Positions 12,241 through 24,476 are shown, numbered from the whole stretch's first letter. The stretch: DNA of 63,892 nt, filler included, from Dirinaria sp. TL-2023a (GCA_051941275.1; 28 parts of 28 records of this genome joined end to end with filler, not necessarily neighbours in it), one strand, 5' to 3'. The notes: a model not told the origin generated them from the sequence alone. Numbers and translations are program-made.

Positions 12241-13098
12241 AAATCAATGAGAAGCAGAGAGAGTCTGCGTCGTCGTCGAGCAAACGCAGAGACGAGTCGA
12301 CGCAGAATCAGCGCAGATCAAAAAGAAGAAAAAATAATTAATCTACTTCTTAATAAAGAAGGGAAAAAAACACACAGAGCAAAAAAAAAGAATAATCTCT
12401 CAAATGAAGAGAGTACTCAACTCGTGTGAGCAGAAAAGAGCGACTCACGTCGATCTCATCGTAATCGTCGCGAGACAGTTACGATGTGAACAGCAAAAAA
12501 TCTCTGCTGCTCATTTTCGTCGTCGTCGTCGTCTTCTCTTTTTTTCTTTTTCTCTCTCGATAACGAGCGCGACGCGCACGTTTCTCGATCTGTCGAATCA
12601 GAAAACTGCGTGTTCGTTTCGTCATCATTTTCGAATTCTTCTTTATCTCTTTCTCTCTCGTCGATTCGTCGACGAATTCTTCTCATTTTTTTTTCTTCAT
12701 CTCTTCTTTCTTTTTTTCGCTCTCGAGAGAGTCTCAGTTTATTTTCTTTTTCTCTTTTTCTCTTCTCGACTTCGTTTTCGCAGAGTCGAAGAGCACATTC
12801 ATCTCTTTTTTCTTCTCATCATTCTTCTTCTCGTTCTCTCACATCGCGATAGCTCGCGCAGTCAGTTGATTACGAGTATCAGCAAGCTGATTCTCGAGAT
12901 CTTTTAGCTGCACTCGCAGCGTGTTTATCTCATCTTCGAGATGACGAATACGATGATAACTGATATTCGTCGTGATCGAAATATGATCATGAGACGTTCT
13001 TCATTGACGAGATAGTTTACGAATTTGCTTCATTCGCTGATCGATTTTTCGTCGAAAAGCTCGAATGAGATTCGTCTTTCAAAAAACAAACAAACGCA

Positions 13099-13754
13099 TA
13101 TCAAAGACCCAACCTTGGTTAGATAGATTTCTCAATGGTAAAAGTCCCGGCAGCGTCAAAAGACTAACTAAACCAACTCAAAGAACTTGATGTCTATCTT
13201 ATTACTTGATTTTGTTTTCAGGGTCGTAACACTATTCGGATCTCTCTCTGAGCTTCGTCTCGAAGCTCAGCGCTCAGAGTGTGATAAGAGGTTCGTCTTA
13301 GTGAAAACGATTAAGTAGTCGCTTCGAGTTTAGTAAATTCTCAGTCGTAAAGTCTCGTCGAAAACTCGAAAATCCTTCAAACGTTCGAGCTGAGAATCGA
13401 ACTTAGAATCTTGCGACCGTGTTGACTTAATTTAATGTCAAAGATTTAACCTTGATTAAATAAATTTCTCAATGATTAAAGTCCCGACAGCGCCAAAAGA
13501 CTAACTAAATCAAGTCAAAGAACTTGATGTCTATCTTACTACTTGGTTTTGTTTTCAGAGTCGTAACACTATCCGGGTCTCTCTCTGAGCTTCGTCTCGA
13601 AGCTCAGCGCTCAGGGTGTGATAGAAGGTTCGTCTTAGTGGAAACGGTTAAGTAGTCGCCCCGAGCTTAGCAAGCTCTCAGCCGTAAAGTCTCGCCGAAA
13701 ACTCGAAAACCCTTCAAACGTTCGAACTGAGAATCGAACTCAGAATCTTGCGAT
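13099..13754 (-). mobile_element. Tandem array of a non-coding miniature LTR retroelement (TRIM-like): LTR 13099..13231, interior 13232..13435, LTR 13436..13568, interior 13569..contig end
   Basis: 337-bp period. The 133-bp repeat is bounded by imperfect inverted termini TGTCAAAGACCC...GGGTCGTAACA. A purine-rich tract precedes the LTR on the minus strand. No ORF. Confidence 0.8.
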
Positions 13755-13854
13755 NNNNNNNNNNNNNNNNNNNNNNNNNNNNNNNNNNNNNNNNNNNNTT
13801 AATTAATTAANNNNNNNNNNNNNNNNNNNNNNNNNNNNNNNNNNNNNNNNNNNN

Positions 13855-15267
13855 GCGTTACAGAATACATGAAAAATTTTTCACGAACACAACTGAGAGA
13901 TACTCATCACTAAAAGATAAATCAAAATCTCTCAAGTCTTTCTCAGACTCATATAATCGACGAGAATACATTCTCGTAAATAAGAGTGATTTTTCATATT
14001 GAGAAGAAAATTTACAGCGACAAATTGTCAGAATTCGAGAACTGTGAACAAGATCATTTCTAAAATTCGATAAACTGTTTTATCAATATCGATTCAGAGA
14101 ATGTTTAGACGTGTGTATAACTCTTTCAGATTCTCACGCTGAAAGTTAATGTTGTCAAAATACGAGTCAATTCTGTCGAAATCGACGATCGTTTTTTGAT
14201 CGAATGTTTGAAATATTATTGTATCTTAAACGAAGAAGCTGTTGACATTCATCGATGCATGTCAGATTTTAACATCTTTTTTGATCGTGTTAATCATTTT
14301 CTTTCGTTCTGAAATCATTTGCAAAATAAATTTCACAGAACGATCTTTCGTCTGTCTAATCTGCTCAATCAGATAACATTTTCAATATCGAAATTTTAAA
14401 TCTGAGATCTTGAAAATACATTTCATAATTATTCTTTTCGCATTTGTTGACGATCGCTCATTCGTGAATGAAAGACTGAGAAATTTCTCTTCGTGATTTT
14501 GAAATACTATTGTCATATCATCGACATTGATGATGATTGATTTAGAAATCGACTTCAAAACGATGTCAGTGCTAAAAAGATGAGAGCTTGACGAGTTTTC
14601 GAATAAAGAGACATCGAAGAACGATTTCACGACACTCACAGCTGAAAAAACATCGACGAAATTAATTGAGACGTTTTTTTCATTTGAATTAGTTTTTTCG
14701 AAATCATTTTTCATGAAGACGTTTTCTTCGTGAGACTTTTTGATGTGAAAACATTATCGAGCTCGAAAAATCGATGATTTTAGTTTGTTTATCTTTTTTT
14801 CGATTTTGTTTTGAGAGAGCTGCTTTTTCGATCGCATATTCGATCAGATTTCAGATAATGAGATCACACTTCGATTCTGAATAATCTTTATCATAGAGTA
14901 AACTCGTGATCGTAATTGAATTTTCGCGTTTTAGATCGTGAAATAGTAATGTTTTGTGATCTGTGACATTTCATCGCTTCTTTCTAAAAGTTTTGATAGA
15001 GTATTTGATTAAATTAGTTTTCTCGCTCTCATTGATTCGATTCATCACATTGCGAAGATTCGCGTCTTTGAGACGCGAACGTTTCTTTTTCGCTCAAGTC
15101 TCTTGATCTGTTTTCAGAAAATCTTTTACATACGTGATTCAGTAAGACTCAAACATATCGAACTTTAAAAAATTCGTCATTTCTGTTAGATCTTTGAAAT
15201 CTAATTCGAATCAAAGAACGTTTCGATTGAAATTATCTGCGTGACGAGCACTCATATTGATTGACAT
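13855..15267 (-). pseudogene. Hypermutated unknown ORF of a multicopy element
   Basis: From ATG 15267 the frame reads MSINMSARHADNFNRNVL*FELDFKD...ESY*ITYVKDFLKTDQET*AKKKR...RKKR*NV...LII*NLIE. Every stop in this ~150-codon stretch is TGA (inferred TGG). A frameshift occurs before 14714. Confidence 0.55.
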
Positions 15268-15344
15268 GATTGATGCATATAATAACGAGACAAAAAATGC
15301 TGCGAGTGATGACAAAATGAATGAGAGCTAAAAAGATGTAAATG

Positions 15345-15652
15345 AGAAATGAGTAAATTTTGAAAAGAACGCGAAAGTCAGACACTCATGATTCACTGCA
15401 CAGATTCACAATTTTGAGATTTGAGAACATTTGAAATTCACACACATCGTGAGATTCTGAGACTATTAGTAATATATATCAACTTACTTCGAATTAGATC
15501 TAATATAGTTTTTCTATAAGACTCATTGACTTTTTAAAGATAAAAGTTTGATTTTTCAATTATCTTATGTTATCGATATACAGTGAGCAGAAAGTTTAAT
15601 GTCGAAAGAAATAAATCACACGACGTTGCTGAGCATCTGTCTATTTTACAGT
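15345..15652. repeat. Dispersed repeat, reverse complement of 31823..32126
   Basis: ~305-bp alignment whose differences are mostly transitions, plus one small indel. Confidence 0.9.
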
Positions 15653-16055
15653 TGTCAAAGACCCAACCTTGATTAGATAGATTTCCCAATGGTAAAAGTC
15701 CCGGCAGCGCCAAAAGACTAACTAAATCAAGTCAAGAGACTTGATGCCTATCTTACTACTTAGGTGTTTCAGGGTCGTAACACTATCCGGGTCCCTTCCT
15801 GAGCTTCGTTTCGAAGCTCAGCACTCAGGGCGTGGGTAGAAGGTTCGTCTTAAGTGAAAAGGTTAAGTAGTCGCCTCGAGCTTAGACAAGCTCTCAGTCA
15901 CAAGTCCTCGCCGAAACAATTCTTTAAGCGTTCGAACGAAATCGAACTCAGAACTTTGCGATCGAATTGACTTGATTTAATGTCAAAGACTCAACCTTGA
16001 TTAGATAGATTTCTCAATGGTAAAAGTCCCGGCAGCGCCAAAAGACTAACTAAAC
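15653..16055 (-). mobile_element. Second locus of the TRIM-like element: LTR 15653..15782, interior 15783..15980, LTR 15981..contig end
   Basis: Same LTR and interior as 13099..13754. The boundary TGTCA at 15653 is fixed by comparison with the empty site at 31823. Confidence 0.82.
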
Positions 16056-18453
16056 NNNNNNNNNNNNNNNNNNNNNNNNNNNNNNNNNNNNNNNNNNNNT
16101 TAATTAATTAANNNNNNNNNNNNNNNNNNNNNNNNNNNNNNNNNNNNNNNNNNNNTCGCGACAGCGTACGTCTCGAGCTTCGGGATAAAATAGAAGCTAC
16201 CAGAGACCCTCTACCGAACATGCGCAGGATGTTCTGTTATTCGCTCGGTATTTTTTTAAGCAATTTCAGAGCTCGTTTCCTGTTCTCTTCTATCAGCGTC
16301 TCTGCCAGCTAGTCAACCTTGCCATTCAAATTTCAATTCTGAGGATGGCGAAACTGTGTGCATCGAAGTATTCGTTTCGGATGCTTAGTAGGACTTTTTC
16401 ATTATTCCTAGCTGAGTTCCAGTTCGGCATCAGAATAATGAATTCTCTTTAAGTACGACAGGGCTGCACTGCGAGGCGATCCCAGCGGCACTCGCCGATG
16501 TGCTCCCGTATCTGGCACCGGAATATGCAGTTTCTACCGGCCTACTCTTTGATGTTTCATATATGATTTAATTGTCTATCCAAGCCGTGCTGGATGAGTA
16601 TATTGTAGATGGAATTGAAGTTTTTCGCTTTAGATTCCATTCGAGCTCTGCAATTCGATTCTGTCGAGTAGAGGACAAACAGCGACGAGATACGATCTGA
16701 GATCCTGGTAGAGAATTGGTTCACTGCGAAATTAACCATCGAGCCATATAGTAAGAAGTGAAATGAGATTGATCTTTTCAAAGCTCTGAGCTTGATATCT
16801 TAGACGTGCGATCAGAGACTCGTGGGAAGAGTTTTCGCATCGAAGAGGTAATTTACTTAATTCCCAGTCTACACGTCCATTGAAAAATTCGGAACTTTTA
16901 GGTAGAGTGTGATAAGAATCATGAATGGAGAAATAAAATGTTGTAGCAGTGTGAGAAAGACTTTGCTCAATTGTCAAGTCATTCGTGTATGTTGTATTAG
17001 GATCTTCTTAACTTTAGGTTGTATAAGAAAGGAAAATCTAGGTGATGAATGTTGGGCTTGAGCCGAACGAGAATCAGAAAACAAGAGATCGTTGAGATTG
17101 TTCTGAGAAACTGAGCTTTACGCAGAACAACATTCCTGTCTTCTTTTTCCATAAGATATGATACCAAAAAATTTTCAAATACTCGATCAAGGTTGCATGT
17201 AGCTCCAGTAGCATCGAGAAATGTATGATATCTCAGCTTGTTAGCTTTCTAAGTCTCTTTAATTTGATTATGAATTGCACTGCTCGTGATCATTGTAAAA
17301 TCATATAATATAGCCAATAGATCTCAATCTCACAGGTGATAACCAGATACACGTAACATTAGAGAATTGAGAATGACTCTTTTTGTTCGCGATAAAAGTA
17401 GAGTTCTCACTTCCTTAACGAAGAGTATAAGTTTCAGATATATGAAAAGATATCTTCTTCTCCACGTAGCTGTATTTGTATTTCATATTAACGACATCTG
17501 CGTAATGAAATCTAGAGATGCTCATTGGAAAATATCTAAAGAGCATTTATATCATTCCAAGGGTAAATAGGCCATAGGCCTTGCTCGCGAATTGAAAAGA
17601 AGTCAAGGAAAAACAAACGTGTAACCCAAATTGTTGTTACCTTGAGGGCGGGAAGGCGCAGATAGATCCTGTACCTTTTGAGGAACCTCGAGATATCTAT
17701 TATCTAATCAACATGAATCGTGCTCCCACGATGAAATTGTATATATATGAGTTTTTGGAGGGAGTTAGTAGACGTGCGGTTCCAGTCCCTGCACAACCTT
17801 GACATACTATCGAGTTCTAGTAGCTGACCGAGCCTGCGCGTCAGCGATAGGTATGTGCTACAGCATTGAATTCTTAATAAATACCACTTTAGTCTCTGAG
17901 CTCGGTTCAGGGAGTGGAAAGACCATAGCCTTTAATCAGTGAAGGCGTAGAGGATTGCTGTCAAAGGTGAAACCAGCTCTACTATAATTGTTAGGAGATG
18001 TGTTAGGTACATTCTCTTATTCTCGATCAACAGAGAATAACATGAAGAGTAGCTTTGAGGAAAGGACCGAAGGGCTATTTTGTTATCAAATGACATAGGA
18101 CGAAACGTCGTCTTGAAATATGAATTGCTCATGCGATGATGCGGAATCTGAACATGAATGTAGCGGCAAGATGAAATGGCTTTGCTCAGATGCTTTGTAA
18201 TTGTCATGGGAGATAGAAACCAGCTCTCGACACACAATGACGGATGGAAAAACCAAATGCGAGGAACAAGTGAAGCGAGCTTTAAAGGCTGTGAAATTGA
18301 GAGGCAAGGGCACTACCATTTGATATTCCTGACTTGCGAGCTACGTTCACGCTNNNNNNNNNNNNNNNNNNNNNNNNNNNNNNNNNNNNNNNNNNNNTTA
18401 ATTAATTAANNNNNNNNNNNNNNNNNNNNNNNNNNNNNNNNNNNNNNNNNNNN

Positions 18454-19626
18454 CGCGCCTTGAGGACGCCGGCCATTTCTTCTTCTTCTCCTTCTTCTTC
18501 TCCCGGGGGGATTCTATTGTGCCCTGCTCCTCCTCCTCCACCCCCCATCTTCCTCCTCGCCCATGCCAACCCATCACCATCACTCAACCGCCACAGCTCC
18601 ATCCCAAGCACCAGCCCGCTCTCGTAGCTGTACACGTTGAAATCGAAGCGCGAGCTGAGAGCCAGCAGCTCCGACGCGCGGACGCTGTACGTCGATTCCA
18701 GACTGCCCATCAGCGGGTTCAGCGTCAGCGTCATCGTGTAGGGGAACCCCGGGTGCGGCGCCAGCGTGCTGAAGCGCAGGCCCGTGCTCAACCCGCCGGA
18801 TTTGTTGAGCGGGGAGAAATACGCTTCTGCGCCGAGGGAGAGGCGCGCTGCTGCTTGTGCCGAGGAGGAGGAGGAGGATGAGGTGATGGTGGGATGTAGA
18901 TCGTGCGCAGCAGTGTGTGGTGAAGGAGGAGGAGGAGGAGGAGGAGGGGGACCGAAATTATACAGCCCGCGCAGGCCTAGCAGCGCGCTGTCGGTGCTAT
19001 ACAGCCCCTCGGTCGAAAAGCGGCCTGTATCGTGCTGCAGCAGCGCGAGCACGGTGCCCCCGTTCGGCAGCCGGCTATCGCTCACGCAACTCACTTTCAG
19101 CTGACTGCGCGGGCTCAGCCGGCGCAGGTAGAACGCCTCGAGCGTGCTGCGCGGGAGGAACAAGCGGCCGTAGAGGAGCGTGTCGCGCTTATCGATCCGG
19201 CGCCCGCGGTACCAGGTTTCCCACAACCAGGGCTCGTCGGGCTGGTGCAGGGACGAGAGGACCCGGTAGCCGGGGACTATGTGGCTGAGGGGGAGGGAGG
19301 AGCTGGCGGAGGGCGCGGAGAGAGGGAGCGACGAGTACAGGTACGAGAGCGAGCCGTCGACGAGGCCGAGAGAGCGCAGCATGTAGGATGTTGCGAAGGT
19401 CGGGGTTGAGAGGGAGGAGAGGGAGAAGCGAAGACCGAGCGGGGTCGGGAAGTCGAGGAGCGCTGCATGTTATACTCATGTTACTTATATGTATCTGCTG
19501 AGATATTGAGGGAGGGGGGGGAATGATACCTCGAGAAGTGGCCGTCAAGGCGCCGTAGGAATTATCCCGGTCCCAGCCTGAGGCGGAGTAGAACGCGTTC
19601 TGCACATATTCCATGAAATCCAGCAT
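18454..19626 (-). CDS. MDM10: Mitochondrial outer-membrane beta-barrel Mdm10 (ERMES/SAM), 3'-truncated; intron 19463..19529
   Basis: MLDFMEYVQNAFYSASGWDRDNSY..|ALLDFPTP..GLVDGSLSYLYSS, TLLYGRLFLP, PYTMTLTLNPLMG and SRFDFNVYSYES. Confidence 0.95.
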
Positions 19627-20751
19627 CTTGCCGGCTCCGTCACGGGGATTTCCTCTGGATCATTGCGTGGCCTGGTATGGAGCTCTGGCGCTACTGCAAT
19701 CCATTTCATGGCGGAAGCTATGGCAGGCTATAGAGCTTTACTTCGGAGCCGTGCCTGCTTTTCACGTTCATCAAGGGGAAAAAAAAAAACCAACGAAACC
19801 CAGGATACTAAAATCGCAATACCGTGAATCTCAAAGAAAACCGCAGTCCCACGGGGAAAATCTTGGCATCTCTTGGCACCAAAAGAAGACAGAAATCTGC
19901 CCCCAGCTCAGTCAGGAGCTCTCCCGGGGTGGCCGCTTTTAGTGAGTCGGCTGGGTGAGCGGGGGTAACTCGACACCTCATCAGGGTGATCAGTGTCTCA
20001 GACCGGGTGAGCAAGCTCATGCTTCATCTTTTCACTCACTCAATTCTTTAACGTTCGAGCAGCCAAAAAAGTGCGCGCACATTCTCAGGCTCTTTAACAT
20101 AGCCTCATTCATGTGATCTTGAAAATAAATGTCGTGATGAAGACAAAAGAGAAGCGATGCGTCGTCAATTCTCGCTCTATCGACCTCAAAATCGTCATCG
20201 TTCTCTTTACTTTACTCATTCTCAACATTCTCATCTATTCTATACGATCACGTGTGAGGTGATGCGATTGTGTGACACGTTGTATAAGCAAGCCCACAGT
20301 AGACACGATAGCAATGAGTACGAGTTATAATAGTATTAAACCGTGAGGAATTCTAAAGGAGGGTTTCGGGGTGAAAACTCTGCACTGCCAAGGCGCCGCC
20401 AGGGCGCCGGTACGGCGAAGGTCAAACACGTCATTACTGGCCCTGGAAGACTTCGGGTTATACTACTTAGGGTTGGATGCTTGTATTACATTACAACACG
20501 AAATACATTGATTGTTATGGATTTTCACATGCTTCTTCCTGTGCTTCTGGGACTAGCATTTTGGTACTAGCTTTTATCTTTTACTTCTATGGCTTTGCAC
20601 CATGCACTTGGCGCATTTCCGCACCAATGCCGGTTTCAGATGCTTCCGGGCNNNNNNNNNNNNNNNNNNNNNNNNNNNNNNNNNNNNNNNNNNNNTTAAT
20701 TAATTAANNNNNNNNNNNNNNNNNNNNNNNNNNNNNNNNNNNNNNNNNNNN

Positions 20752-22110
20752 TTTGAAAATGCTTTTTTTTTAAAACTTAAATATCATTTCAAAACGACGT
20801 TTGAGTTTATTATATTTACGATATTGATCACTGATAATTTTGGTATTAATCAACTTTGATCAGATGCTCATAGTCGTTATTGAGATTTGTTGTCTCGCAA
20901 TATGATATGCTTCTATCTTTTGTCAGAGATTGTGTATTTTTAGTTAAGTTCTACAGTTGCAGTCTGAGTTCTGACAGAATTGAAGATTATTTTAAAATAC
21001 GAAATCTTTTGAATTTAGAAGAGAGAAAAAAACAATTTTCTGCGCGTGAAGATTATGTCAAAGAACGTAGTTAAATGTAACTCGAATTATTGATCAAATG
21101 CTGTAAGTAAATGATTTAAAGATGTTTTTTCGCGATGTATATATCGAACTCGTCAATACTCGAGCTATCAATAAACAAAATCAGTTTATGTTATTTATTT
21201 CAACTTTAAAATTATTCATGATCACTATCTCAAAGAGTTCTGCTGTACTCATGTGACGTTAGAAATCTGTTTTATATTCAAAAAGTCACGAATTCAACTA
21301 TAAAACAACATACAAAAAATGAAACTCTTAACTCACTTTAACGCTTTTTCCCGCAAGAGTAATTTCTACGAATTTTCGAGATGTCAAATTGACTACGATC
21401 TCCGACTCTAGAGACGTAAATATAACTGTAAAAAAGCTGCGCACATTCAATCCAACAATGAAGATCTGATCGAAGTAATGATGTAGGATGAGAAAAGATC
21501 GAAAATCGAAGTCATACTGATCGTTGAAGAATTTCGTGAAGCGATGTTTCTTTTCGTATTCAATGTCTGATATAAAAACGAGACGATTAAGCACGCTTTT
21601 TCGCGTCTTTGATGCGAGCTCTGTGTTTTTCAAGTTAAAATCAGATCGCAACGAGCGAAAAATCTTAAATGACTCCTTTCTCTCTGGATTCAAAATATTC
21701 AAATCCGCTTTGAAGTTGAAGAAGATTGGGTTTCGAAGTTTCATGAGATCATCATAGAGAGACATTATTCAAAAAAATCTGCATAGACACTCAGAAAGAC
21801 TGTATTCAAAGTCGATCATAAATCGAAAATCGAACAGTCTGTCTAAAAACGTGAAAAAATCGTTTGTGAATAAATTCTGACTTATTTGCAACGAAAGTCT
21901 TGGAGTGTCCGAATTATTGAGAGATCATGTTAGGATTATCGCTGCCATGTGATACAGATTGATAATGTCGAGAATACGGGGAATATACCTAGAAGTCTTG
22001 TGAAAGACAGTAAGTTCTTGAATCTTGTGAAATGAAATCCAAAGATGAGGTCCAGTCAATAGCATGAATTTTTTCTCGAATGTCTTAAGCTCTTTCAGAA
22101 AGATCAAATG
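20752..22110 (-). pseudogene. AT-rich hypermutated coding relic of unknown family
   Basis: CC/GG-poor and TC/GA-rich sequence with interrupted minus-strand ORFs at 21925..22107 and 21328..21765. Confidence 0.35.
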
Positions 22111-23746
22111 ACGATACGACGAGGTATCAAATACTTATTCGCTCAAAGAAGATATAGTTTGAATAAAGACTGTTTCGTTGCTCTTTATGAGCGTGTCTCT
22201 GTTCTGAAGTTCACAGAAAGAGATCTAATTGACATCATTCTACATCTTCTTGTAATAGATGCTGCGACTGCGATGCTGCTTTTGATATCAGAGGAGATCT
22301 AAACTGTCGAAGGAAAAAGCGAAAATCCAGTTCTGCATTCTTTGCCAAAAAAATAATTAGAGGGGATGAGGTTCGAGTTGATATACTTTCCGCTTTTTAG
22401 AGTCAAGCGCTCTGCAGAATTATGATTGTCTTCAAGTTATTCTTTTGCAGAGGGGATGAAAGTATTCGTTCGAACTTACGAAGTGAAGACACACCACGCA
22501 AGAATTTGGAGTCTCCCAGAAGTGTAGTCATCGTTCGAGATATCTCACTTAAGTTATGTGTAACGTTATGGACTGGATGTTCGCAAGGGTGGAAGATGGT
22601 AGGTTGCTTTCTCCCTTTTCTGGCGGTGAAGAATCTGATAGGATCTTTGTTGCTTCTGGTGGAGGTGATGATGGTAGGTTGATGTTTTGTGTCTTCGCTG
22701 TTAGAGCATCCCACAACGTGTCTATGCATACAGATGTAGAGTCCACAACCTTGAGTATGTCATGGATACTGGTAGTAATGAAATGAAAAGAAGATTATAG
22801 CTTGACAAACGCGCCCGAACACGAGGCAGCTAATGTTGTTGATTTTTCCCTGCAACTTGACCATATGAGTTGCCAGTAAATAGCACGTGCAGCAACACGC
22901 TGCCGAAGATTCTGCAATCTCTTGACGAGTGACTTTGTCTAACTGCACNNNNNNNNNNNNNNNNNNNNNNNNNNNNNNNNNNNNNNNNNNNNTTAATTAA
23001 TTAANNNNNNNNNNNNNNNNNNNNNNNNNNNNNNNNNNNNNNNNNNNNTGTTAGGATTGCAAGAGTGCAAAGCAGCAATGACAATTAGGTGCATAGTATT
23101 GACTTGTGTAGAGACTATGGAGCAGGTAAGGAGCAGGAAAATACTATGTACACGGTGTGCGGGTGCCAAGGCGCTAGTGGAGACACTAGGCCCCTTTGGT
23201 CAAACCATATTGGTAGGTGGTTATTGCTGTTTCCAACAACACCTCTATATCGGCAGAGGAGTACTATTTTGTTGCGGAATAGCTGTCGGCTGGCTGTCGG
23301 CTGGCTGTCGCAAGCCCGTTGCTTGGCCGACACCCAGGTAAACACCCGATAGGTCGCAAGTTCGTACAGCAGGCACAACACCAGGAGGTTCTTTGATCAC
23401 CTACGACACAGAGGTATTGCGACATAGGTTTGCCACCGTGTAGCAGGTAGCAGGTAGCGTATAGCAAGCAGCAGGTAGCAGGCCGCAGCAGGGAGAACGA
23501 CACGCCAAGGACGCTATGTATATTAGGAGGCGTTGGCCCACGCCCACCATTCATCCTTCATCTCCTGTCTCTTGTTAGGGAAGGGCCTTAGATAGCCAAT
23601 AATGCATCTGAGTTGACACGTAACACGCTAGCACAAGCTGGAAATCCAAACTTCTACGTCTGCATGTTGGAATACCTTCTTTTCTCCATTCTTTACTATT
23701 GAGCCACCCCATCCACATTATTTCTAACCCTAAGCTCATCTCATCA

Positions 23747-24476
23747 TTAGCGTACCTGCTGCAACCCAATCAAAGCAACCGCGCTTGGCATTAAATTGAA
23801 ATAAAAATTCAACTTCCACTTCTTTCGAAAGTCCTGCCCACAAAGCTCATACGCCATATCTATAGCGAAGCTGTGGCAATTCTTAAACCAGGCATTATAG
23901 CTAGCAGATGAGCGGTCTTCATGAAATTGCTGGCCCATCATTGATTTTTTGGAGAAGGCCTTACTGAGGACCTTCAGCTGCACATGAGCGGCGCGAGCCG
24001 TAATGTCGAGTTTGGATTTCCGGAGGCGGGTAACAATGTACTGTGCTATCACCAACCATGTTAGCTTATAGAGACTTTATACTTATGACCTAAGCATATG
24101 TACCTTTTTTATCGATCTCCTTATCTGTGAGGGTAGTTGTACCCAGCTTTTTTTCCGAGGCCTTGATGATGTGTTCAGGGCTCGAGTACTCCCAGTGCCC
24201 AAAATCATACTCTAGTTCCCAATTTGTTGCCGCCACGGGCTTGATCTCCCATACTAAGCCTGATGAAGAGCCTGGGATGCGTATCTCAATTGCCCAGTGC
24301 GCGATAGGAGGGTACCTAGCGAGTTTGGATAGATAACGCTTTTTCCCATTCCATGACTGTTTAAGCGGTTTGCGCCGGAGGTAGACACCTCGTTCATTGC
24401 CTTGCGGGTTTGTCTCGTCGGAGTCGCGGAACGGAGCTCGAGATATCATGCTAGGTACGACATAGCAGTCGCCCAT
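23747..24476 (-). CDS. Putative permuted papain-like (PPPDE/LRAT-like) protein; intron 24046..24103
   Basis: Exon 1 has AHWAIEIR...WEI and KLGTT. Exon 2 has YNAWFKNCHSFA, resembling the YxxxxxNCxxF motif. The GTACAT...GCTAAC...TAG intron keeps the frame. Confidence 0.6.

Noticed and set aside
12404..12907. Phe/Leu-rich plus-strand ORFs resembling membrane proteins
   Set aside because: They are the opposite-strand shadow of a mutated Glu/Lys-rich frame.
13099..13754. 337-bp periodic unit as a CRISPR array or plain satellite
   Set aside because: There are no unique spacers and the DNA is eukaryotic. TG...CA termini, PBS/PPT-like sites and a defined insertion boundary fit an LTR element better.
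14700..15267. ORF with only TGA stops as evidence of a UGA=Trp genetic code
   Set aside because: GG->GA hypermutation explains it. Frameshifts are also present and intact genes here use TGA as a stop.
18519..19409. Long overlapping plus-strand ORFs opposite MDM10, and similar ones opposite the SDRs, DHR2 and COG5
   Set aside because: Shadow ORFs caused by GC-rich codon usage.
23282..23480. Short tandem motifs (GCTGTCGGCTG; GTAGCAG)
   Set aside because: Few, degenerate units with no further structure.
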